64,000 bases of DNA, from the IMG/VR virus record IMGVR_UViG_3300001765_000034, positions 1 through 64,000 of that record, one strand, 5' to 3'. Each line of letters begins with the position of its first letter. Position 1 is the stretch's first letter. The stretch comes from a virus (lineage: Duplodnaviria > Caudoviricetes). Positions 51,325 through 56,693 of this stretch are shown in pieces. A program made the position numbers and the translations under genes. The notes under the pieces were generated by a model that was given only the letters and a program-made list of their open reading frames with translations, was not told the origin of the DNA and ran no database searches.

Positions 51325-51681
51325 ATGAAAAAAACGTTAGAAGAACAAAAAAAGAGAATAACTCAACTTATGAGACCTATTAACGAATTAATTCATGTTA
51401 ACGATATGGATTTAGACGGTGAAAATACAAATTTTGATTCGTCTCAAGAATTAAAACCCATTATGGATCAATTAAAAGATGCAATGAGGAAATATCAAGA
51501 ACTATCAAAAAGAACACCTGTTCCAGGAACTGGAAGTCCTTATCCGACTGAAAACCTAAAGGAGTCTTTTTTGAAGTGGATGTCATTTATGTGGGAAAGA
51601 GTTAAAGAAGGTAACGATTCCGTTGAAGGACAGCTCAAGAATTACCCTATTAAACCTAATGATCCAACAGAAATGAATTAA
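51325..51681 (+). CDS. Hypothetical protein with N-terminal LEEQKKRITQLM motif
   Basis: 118 aa; ATATTTAT at 51299-51306. Confidence 0.65.
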   Translation: MKKTLEEQKKRITQLMRPINELIHVNDMDLDGENTNFDSSQELKPIMDQLKDAMRKYQELSKRTPVPGTGSPYPTENLKESFLKWMSFMWERVKEGNDSVEGQLKNYPIKPNDPTEMN

Positions 51682-51728
51682 TTTAGTTCTCAATAAAATA
51701 AAAATAATTAAACATTTTTTAAAAAACA

Positions 51729-51760
51729 TTTGGCAAATCCAAAAAAATGATTTACATTTG
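51729..51760 (+). promoter_or_regulatory. Bacteroidota sigma70-type promoter of tRNA array 1
   Basis: TTTG (51729-32), 20 nt spacer, TACATTTG (51753-60). Confidence 0.75.
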
Positions 51761-51811
51761 TACCATAATTGAGAAAAAACAAAATTTGAACATATTTAAT
51801 ATAAAGAAACA

Positions 51812-51910
51812 ATGAGAAATTTACTCGACATATTATTGGTGGCTGCAGCGGTTGAAGTCCTATTATGGGCTGATGAGGATGCACGAAAAAATGTCGGGTG
51901 TAAAATATAA
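51812..51910 (+). CDS. Leader peptide 1, MRNLLDILLVAAAVEVLLWADEDARKNVGCKI (putative attenuator peptide)
   Basis: Hand-translated 32-codon ORF between promoter and terminator; codons 4-24 are almost all L/D/V/A/E/W. Confidence 0.8.
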   Translation: MRNLLDILLVAAAVEVLLWADEDARKNVGCKI

Positions 51911-51968
51911 CTATTTACATACATGTTCTACTTAAAGAACCCGACATCTACCAAGAGTCGGGTTTTTT
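51891..51968 (+). promoter_or_regulatory. Attenuator 1: antiterminator/terminator pair
   Basis: ATGTCGGGT (51891-99) is complementary to ACCCGACAT (51939-47), the 5' arm of terminator AACCCGAC...GTCGGGTT-TTTT. Confidence 0.8.
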
Positions 51969-51984
51969 GTTTTTAGGTATGTAT

Positions 51985-51996
51985 TGTTCTTTGACA
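51985..51996 (+). promoter_or_regulatory. boxA-like antitermination element
   Basis: TGTTCTTTGACA, similar to rrn boxA TGCTCTTTAACA; recurs at 54737 and 62181. Confidence 0.6.
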
Positions 51997-52008
51997 TGAT
52001 GGAAATTT

Positions 52009-52082
52009 AGTGCGTTAGTTCAGTTGGCTAGAATGCCGCCCTGTCACGGCGGAGGTCACGGGTTCGAGCCCCGTACGCACTG
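52009..52082 (+). tRNA. trnD: tRNA-Asp(GTC)
   Basis: Canonical cloverleaf, CCGCC-CTGTCAC-GGCGG, G73, no encoded CCA. Confidence 0.92.
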
Positions 52083-52193
52083 CAATCTCAACCGAAAGTA
52101 AGTAGGTTACTGGTGAAGCGGGGGTGAGGACCCTAAGCTGATGGGTTCGAAGCCCACCAGCGCATGAAAAGCAAAAAACAGTTTGGGGATTAT

Positions 52194-52266
52194 CGAGGCC
52201 GTCGTATAATGGCTAGTAGTACCGCCCTGTCACGGCGGAGGAGGGGTTCGAATCCCACGGTCTCGG
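52194..52266 (+). tRNA. trnD: tRNA-Asp(GTC), imperfect T-stem
   Basis: Acceptor CGAGGCC/GGTCTCG, same anticodon arm as the first copy, GGTTCGAATCCC. Confidence 0.7.
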
Positions 52267-52603
52267 CTATTCTTTAGTGTAATTGAGTTAGGATTGAAAG
52301 GAGTCATGACCTGGAGATTACTATACGAAGAAACATCAATCCTGTAATCACGGCCGGGGTTATTAGGGGAGATGATTTTTAGTGAGAGCATACCGGGCAT
52401 GCGGCTCGGAGGTGAGGTTAGAGACCTTAAAGAATAAAAAATACTGTGTTAGGTAAATGGTAATAAATGTTAAAACAATGAAGAAGAAAGAAACGTCTGG
52501 AAATTCTAGACAAAAAGTAGATTTCAAAGTAATTCCAAAAGAAGAACTTGAAAAAAATCGAAGTAAGGCATATGATTACTTGATTTAAGTATGGTATTTA
52601 AAC

Positions 52604-52677
52604 GCTGCGTTAGGCAAATTGGTTAAGCCGTCAGACCTTCAATCTGAAGATTAGGGGTTCGACCCCCCTACGCAGTA
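52604..52677 (+). tRNA. trnE: tRNA-Glu(TTC)-like with C at position 33
   Basis: GCTGCGT/ACGCAGT acceptor; TCAGA-CCTTCAA-TCTGA anticodon arm. Confidence 0.65.
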
Positions 52678-52769
52678 CGAGGTTCAGTGTGAAATAGAAA
52701 GGTTTCTGAGGTTTGTTCATACTGAGGTTCAGTATAACCTTGATTATAGGTCAAAAAAAATCTCGCCAC

Positions 52770-52841
52770 GCTCGGTTCGTCTAACGGTCAGGACAAATGG
52801 TTTTCATCCATTAAATAGGAGTTCGATTCTCCTACCGAGTA
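52770..52841 (+). tRNA. trnE: tRNA-Glu(TTC)
   Basis: GTCTAACGGTCAGGAC D-arm; AATGG-TTTTCAT-CCATT. Confidence 0.9.
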
Positions 52842-52884
52842 CTTTAATTTTTTGTATTCTCTTAGTATTTATTTTAAACATTAT

Positions 52885-52969
52885 GCTCCTTTAGCTCAGC
52901 GGTCAAGAGCACCTGTTTTACAAGCAGGAGGCGAATAGTATCACGGTGGTTCGAATCCATCAAGGAGTA
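52885..52969 (+). tRNA. trnV: tRNA-Val(TAC) with 16-nt variable region
   Basis: CCTGT-TTTACAA-GCAGG; acceptor GCTCCTT/AAGGAGT. Confidence 0.82.
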
Positions 52970-53088
52970 CATACGGTTAGGACCGTTATAGCTACGGCTA
53001 TTAGGGGTGGGATGTTCGCTGCTGACCACCCCTTTATTTTAATTATCCCACAAATTTTATAGATAGATGAACAAAGAGATTAAATAAT

Positions 53089-53172
53089 CTCGAAGTGGCG
53101 GAATTGGTAGACGCGCTAGCCTAAGGAGCTAGTTCCCGAAAGGGAGTGTGGGTTCGAGTCCCACCTTCGAGA
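53089..53172 (+). tRNA. trnL: tRNA-Leu(AAG)
   Basis: Leu-type D-loop and variable arm; CTAGC-CTAAGGA-GCTAG gives anticodon AAG. Confidence 0.88.
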
Positions 53173-53313
53173 CAAAAGGTTCATGACGGAACTAAGCAGA
53201 TGTTGACCGCGTAACCTGTGCCGAGTGTTCTTGGATGTGAAGGAGTAATACCTTCAGACTCATTATGTGGATCTGCAAAAGCGTAATGGTTGAACTACTA
53301 AAAAGGCACAAAT

Positions 53314-53397
53314 GCAGACGTGGCGGAATTGGTAGACGCGCCAGACTTAGGATCTGGTGCCCGGAAGGGCGTGTGGGTTCGAGTCCCACCTTCTGTA
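53314..53397 (+). tRNA. trnL: tRNA-Leu(TAG)
   Basis: CCAGA-CTTAGGA-TCTGG; class II variable arm. Confidence 0.92.
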
Positions 53398-53452
53398 CGT
53401 TTAGACCGTTTAGAATTTTTATTAGTACTGAAGTAGCGTAGAAAATTCACTT

Positions 53453-53524
53453 GGGGAATTCGTATAGTGGCTATTATAATTGCCTTGCACGCAATGGACG
53501 GGGTTTCGATTACCCCATTCTCCA
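53453..53524 (+). tRNA. trnA: tRNA-Ala(TGC)
   Basis: ATTGC-CTTGCAC-GCAAT; G3:U70 pair. Confidence 0.88.
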
Positions 53525-53552
53525 CTTTGACGGTTCGGAAAGACGAACAAAC

Positions 53553-53627
53553 GCGGGTGTAGCTCAGCTGGCTAGAGCGTCTGATTTGCAATCAGAAGGT
53601 CGTGGGTTCGAAGCCCACTACTCTGCA
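53553..53627 (+). tRNA. trnA: tRNA-Ala(TGC), bulged acceptor stem
   Basis: TCTGA-TTTGCAA-TCAGA; G3:U70; 3' acceptor strand has one extra nt. Confidence 0.78.
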
Positions 53628-53743
53628 CAGGAGGGGTAGATTTATCAGGAGTCCTATTGATACGGATGAATACCCAGCATGGTGTGGTTACTATTTAAAA
53701 TGAAACCGTCAGCAAAACTACATACGATGAAAAAGTAACAAAT

Positions 53744-53823
53744 GGCTCTGTGGATTATGTAAACTGGCACAGCTAACGGGCTTAAACCCCGATCTTTTGT
53801 GGGTTCGAGTCCCACCAGGGCTA
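53744..53823 (+). tRNA. trnL: Atypical tRNA-Leu(TAA): enlarged D region, no variable arm
   Basis: GGCTCTG/CAGGGCT acceptor, CGGG-CTTAAAC-CCCG, canonical T-arm. Confidence 0.65.
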
Positions 53824-53829
53824 CAATTA

Positions 53830-53963
53830 TATTTCGTGGTGGAATTGGTATACACACCTGACTGAATCCCAAAAATGGATTACCTATATGCGGGCTGGAT
53901 CGGGCGTTTAAGTAGTAAGGTATTCTACGAAAGAAATTGCGGGTTCGAGTCCCGTCGAAATGT
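53830..53963 (+). tRNA. Class II (Leu/Ser-type) tRNA body interrupted by ~47 extra nt in the anticodon loop; anticodon undetermined
   Basis: TATTTCG/CGAAATG acceptor, GTGGAATTGGTATACAC D-arm, variable arm and GCGGG-TTCGAGT-CCCGT T-arm. Confidence 0.55.
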
Positions 53964-53971
53964 AATTATTC

Positions 53972-54051
53972 GGCTCTGTGGATTATGTAAACTGGCACAG
54001 CTAACCGGCTCAAACCCGGATCTTTTGTGGGTTCGATTCCCACCAGGGCTA
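53972..54051 (+). tRNA. trnL: Atypical tRNA-Leu(CAA), paralog of 53744-53823
   Basis: Near-identical body; CCGG-CTCAAAC-CCGG with compensatory stem change. Confidence 0.65.
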
Positions 54052-54093
54052 CTATATTTTTGATTTTTTCCATATTTATAATAAACTGAAAGT

Positions 54094-54270
54094 ATGTGGC
54101 AATATAAACGTATTGGATATCAATTTCATTTATTAAGAGACATGGAAGCTCAACTAAATAAAGATGGTGAGGATGGTTGGGAAATCATCTATTATACCGA
54201 AACAAAACCTGTAAAATTATCTGATTATTATGTCTCAGATATACTTTACAAAAAATACGTCAATTGCTGA
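54094..54270 (+). CDS. Small DUF4177-like protein (58 aa)
   Basis: Hand translation MWQYKRIG...LNKDGEDGWEII; stop overlaps the 5' end of tRNA-Trp. Confidence 0.5.
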   Translation: MWQYKRIGYQFHLLRDMEAQLNKDGEDGWEIIYYTETKPVKLSDYYVSDILYKKYVNC

Positions 54271-54339
54271 GTGGTTAAAAGCGTTGGTCTCCAAAACCAA
54301 TCTCGAAAGAGTTCGTGGGTTCGAATCCTACTTGGCGTG
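54257..54339 (+). tRNA. trnW: tRNA-Trp(CCA) with a variable arm
   Basis: TTGGT-CTCCAAA-ACCAA; variable hairpin CTC-GAAA-GAG; G73. Confidence 0.82.
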
Positions 54340-54455
54340 CAAAAATTTCCATCTAGTCTGTATTAACATTAACTATTAGAAATGAGGAGATTACATTAAG
54401 TTAATAATTAACTTAAATAAAAAATCTTTAATTTAATAAGAAAGTTTAACTTTTA

Positions 54456-54487
54456 CTTGGTATTTATAATTTTATTACATATATTTG
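54456..54487 (+). promoter_or_regulatory. Bacteroidota sigma70-type promoter of tRNA array 2
   Basis: CTTG, 20 nt spacer, TATATTTG (54480-87). Confidence 0.7.
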
Positions 54488-54509
54488 TACAGAATTAATA
54501 TTTGAAACA

Positions 54510-54590
54510 ATGAGAACTTTATTACATCAGCGCCCCCAAGGACAACCACCAGTGGTTGAACGGGAGACTTGTGTTCTAAATTTTTCGTAA
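54510..54590 (+). CDS. Leader peptide 2, MRTLLHQRPQGQPPVVERETCVLNFS (putative attenuator peptide)
   Basis: Hand-translated 26-codon ORF between promoter and terminator; codons 4-14 are L/H/Q/R/P except one Gly. Confidence 0.8.
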   Translation: MRTLLHQRPQGQPPVVERETCVLNFS

Positions 54591-54649
54591 TTCGAGAGTT
54601 TTTAGATTAGACAAAAGAAACCCCGTTCAGTAATGAATGGGGTTTTTTT
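54557..54649 (+). promoter_or_regulatory. Attenuator 2: antiterminator/terminator pair
   Basis: TGAACGGG (54557-64) is complementary to CCCGTTCA in the 5' arm of terminator AAACCCCGTTCA-GTAA-TGAATGGGGTTT-TTTT. Confidence 0.8.
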
Positions 54650-54657
54650 ATTTAAAA

Positions 54658-54732
54658 CTGGGTGTATTGCAGATGGTTATACTACCGTGCCCTGGAAGCA
54701 CGGGTCCGCAGGTTCGAATCCTGCCACCCAGA
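54658..54732 (+). tRNA. trnP: tRNA-Pro(TGG)-like with C33 and weak D-stem
   Basis: CTGGGTG/CACCCAG acceptor; CGTGC-CCTGGAA-GCACG. Confidence 0.65.
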
Positions 54733-54736
54733 CGAT

Positions 54737-54748
54737 TGTTCTTTGACA
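54737..54748 (+). promoter_or_regulatory. boxA-like element
   Basis: TGTTCTTTGACA, identical to 51985-51996. Confidence 0.6.
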
Positions 54749-54754
54749 TTTAAT

Positions 54755-54841
54755 GCACCTGTATCCCCCTAGTCTTCGAAACTTTCGAAACTAGAGAGCG
54801 GTAATTGGATGAGAATATGGGTTCGAATCCCTTCAGGTGTA
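54755..54841 (+). tRNA. Rearranged tRNA-Arg(TCG)-like RNA
   Basis: GCACCTG/CAGGTGT acceptor and T-arm present; no D-arm before the anticodon arm; 9-nt duplication TTCGAAACT. Confidence 0.5.
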
Positions 54842-54847
54842 CAATTC

Positions 54848-54919
54848 GCACCCGTAGTTCAATGGATAGAACACTAGACTACGGATCTTGAGATTGAGGT
54901 TCGAGTCCTCCCGGGTGTA
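54848..54919 (+). tRNA. trnR: tRNA-Arg(ACG)
   Basis: Canonical Arg D-loop AATGGATA; loop CTACGGA. Confidence 0.88.
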
Positions 54920-54977
54920 CAATTATCGGTTAAATAACCTATAAATATAATTTATCGGTTGTGGAGACGATAAATTT

Positions 54978-55062
54978 CGGGATGTGGTGTAGTTGGTAGC
55001 ATACGTGTTTTGGGAACATGGGGGAACGCAAGTCATCGCAGGTTCGAGTCCTGCCATCCCGA
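54978..55062 (+). tRNA. trnP: tRNA-Pro(TGG) with 17-nt variable region
   Basis: CGGGATG/CATCCCG acceptor, A73; CGTGT-TTTGGGA-ACATG. Confidence 0.85.
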
Positions 55063-55220
55063 CTAAAGTTAATCGTCCGTCATATGAAGATTTAATAACA
55101 GAAATAAATATTTTTGGATACTCAGCAACTGGCAGAAAATATGGAGTAAGTGACGTGTCAATAAAAAAATGGAAAGAAAAATATGAAAAAGATTTAATAA
55201 ATGGTGTATGTAGCCGGTAA
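55063..55220 (+). pseudogene. Orphan C-terminal HTH fragment resembling that of phage HNH homing endonucleases
   Basis: RPSYEDL...GYSATGRKYGVSDVSIKKWKEKY with no start codon of its own and no nuclease domain. Confidence 0.5.
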
Positions 55221-55289
55221 TTGGTGTCCGACCAGCCTGTGAAGCTGGAATCTGAAAAGACCATGTGGGTTCAAGTCCCATCATTCACC
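55203..55289 (+). tRNA. trnH: tRNA-His(GTG) with a variable arm
   Basis: G-1:C73 pair; CCAGC-CTGTGAA-GCTGG; variable hairpin TCT-GAAA-AGA. Confidence 0.85.
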
Positions 55290-55331
55290 CAAAAGCGTGA
55301 TATTTTGATTTATCACTTTATTACGCGATAT

Positions 55332-55404
55332 TGTCTCGTAGTGTAATTGGTAACATGTCTGGCTCTGGACCAGAAGACTGGGGAATCGTACTCCTCCGAG
55401 ACAA
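55332..55404 (+). tRNA. trnQ: tRNA-Gln(CTG), non-canonical T-loop
   Basis: TGTCTCG/CGAGACA; TCTGG-CTCTGGA-CCAGA; T-loop AATCGTA. Confidence 0.75.
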
Positions 55405-55413
55405 CAACTATAT

Positions 55414-55487
55414 TGCCCTGTGGTGTAATTGGTTAACATACGGCACTTTGGATGCTGTGACTCAAGGTTCGAACCCTTGCGGGGCAA
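55414..55487 (+). tRNA. trnQ: tRNA-Gln(TTG)
   Basis: Canonical cloverleaf; CGGCA-CTTTGGA-TGCTG. Confidence 0.9.
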
Positions 55488-55493
55488 CAATAT

Positions 55494-55579
55494 TCTCCTC
55501 TGGCAGAATGGACAAATGCGCCAGACTTTGACTCTGGTACCCATATTCGGGTTTGTAGGTTCGAGTCCTACGGGGAGGA
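55494..55579 (+). tRNA. trnQ: tRNA-Gln(TTG) with class II body
   Basis: CCAGA-CTTTGAC-TCTGG; variable arm ACCC-ATATTC-GGGT; Ser/Tyr-like D-loop. Confidence 0.78.
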
Positions 55580-55583
55580 CAAA

Positions 55584-55615
55584 TTTGGAAATGTCAAATA
55601 TTATACTTATCTTTG
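55584..55615 (+). promoter_or_regulatory. Bacteroidota sigma70-type promoter before tRNA-Leu(TAA)
   Basis: TTTG, 20 nt spacer, TATCTTTG (55608-15). Confidence 0.65.
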
Positions 55616-55621
55616 TCAAAT

Positions 55622-55705
55622 GCCGAGATGATGGAATTGGCAGACATGCAGCACTTAAAATGCTGTGGGCATTTGCTCGTGTGGGTTCGAGTCCCATTCT
55701 CGGTA
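55622..55705 (+). tRNA. trnL: tRNA-Leu(TAA), canonical
   Basis: CAGCA-CTTAAAA-TGCTG; class II variable arm. Confidence 0.92.
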
Positions 55706-55724
55706 CAATAATAAATGATTAGAT

Positions 55725-56462
55725 ATGTACATCATTTCAAAAACGAAAGATTATTACGATGGGGTTGTCGGTACAGTGGGTATCGATAAGTCAATTGTAT
55801 ATGATCGCAACACCGTAATTAACGAAAATAGGGAGACATTTATAGATCCATTTTCGGCGAGAAAGGGTTGGCATAAAAGGAATATTACTCCATTTCATAA
55901 CATATGTTCTCACTCAATTAAAAAGGGGTCGAGATATGAAGATGGCTCGCCATTCATTGTTGGGTTTTGTGGAAAATTATACATAGGGTGGAAATTTTAT
56001 AAAGAGGATTTTGATAGTTTTTATGGCACGAAATTCGAAACTTTCATCACTTATGATTTAGAATTCATCAAAAATGAGATAACACATAAGAGTTGGTATG
56101 GTAATTTAATTGATGACATCAATTACATTTTAACATATAATCCATTGGAAATCTTTAGAAAACTAAAAACCCCGATATTTATATACGATAGTGATTATGA
56201 CAGAAAGTTCATTAAAAGATACCACCGTAATGATGTTCTCATTACAAACCCCATACTAAAAGATTATGAGTTTTATAAAGTAATGGATAGCTTTACTGCT
56301 TTCCAAGAAATTCAAATGTTTATGGGTGGAGTATTAGGTATCGGAGAAAAAGAAATCGTTGAAGTTGAGGACAAATATAAAATCTCCCAACATGGATTCA
56401 ACGAATTTAGTTTTCGTAGAGACAAAGCAAATGGAAAAAAAAGACCACAATCCCAAAGATAA
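55725..56462 (+). CDS. Hypothetical protein
   Basis: 245 aa ORF. Confidence 0.7.
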   Translation: MYIISKTKDYYDGVVGTVGIDKSIVYDRNTVINENRETFIDPFSARKGWHKRNITPFHNICSHSIKKGSRYEDGSPFIVGFCGKLYIGWKFYKEDFDSFYGTKFETFITYDLEFIKNEITHKSWYGNLIDDINYILTYNPLEIFRKLKTPIFIYDSDYDRKFIKRYHRNDVLITNPILKDYEFYKVMDSFTAFQEIQMFMGGVLGIGEKEIVEVEDKYKISQHGFNEFSFRRDKANGKKRPQSQR

Positions 56463-56631
56463 TAAACCCCAAATAGGTTTAATGGAGTATGTTCGATTGC
56501 AACAAAATGTGACCGAAGATATTGATATGCTTAAGGCATTATCGCGACCATGGATACCACCCAACACAGATAAAATTTACTGTGGATCAGACCTTGCAGA
56601 CCAACTACAAGGTCTTTTGAATTTAAAATAA
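56431..56631 (+). CDS. Small hypothetical protein (probable start MEKKDH at 56431)
   Basis: 3' part of ORF-track 56359-56631. Confidence 0.45.
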   Translation: MEKKDHNPKDNKPQIGLMEYVRLQQNVTEDIDMLKALSRPWIPPNTDKIYCGSDLADQLQGLLNLK

Positions 56632-56693
56632 TAGGTGATTTTCTTGGAAAATAAGAAAATATTGTTACCTTTGCATTTAATAAATTTTAAACC

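Noticed and set aside
51812-51968. T-box riboswitch explanation for tRNA-array control
   Set aside because: No T-box sequence (TGGNACC) or stem I motifs are visible and the leaders are too short; an ORF-based attenuator fits better.
52479-52587. 36-aa ORF MKKKETSG...YDYLI inside array 1
   Set aside because: No recognisable motif or support beyond being open; not listed as a feature.
52604-52677. UGA-suppressor or Sec tRNA (reading TCA in the loop)
   Set aside because: The 5-bp stem TCAGA/TCTGA fixes the loop as CCTTCAA, giving TTC; shifting the register breaks the stem, and there are no Sec features.
53192-55722. ORF-track calls overlapping the tRNA arrays (53192-53389, 53298-53591, 53451-53639, 53654-53872, 53875-54063, 54923-55264, 55069-55284, 55281-55697, 55331-55531, 55429-55722)
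   Set aside because: They are translations of GC-richer tRNA sequence on either strand.
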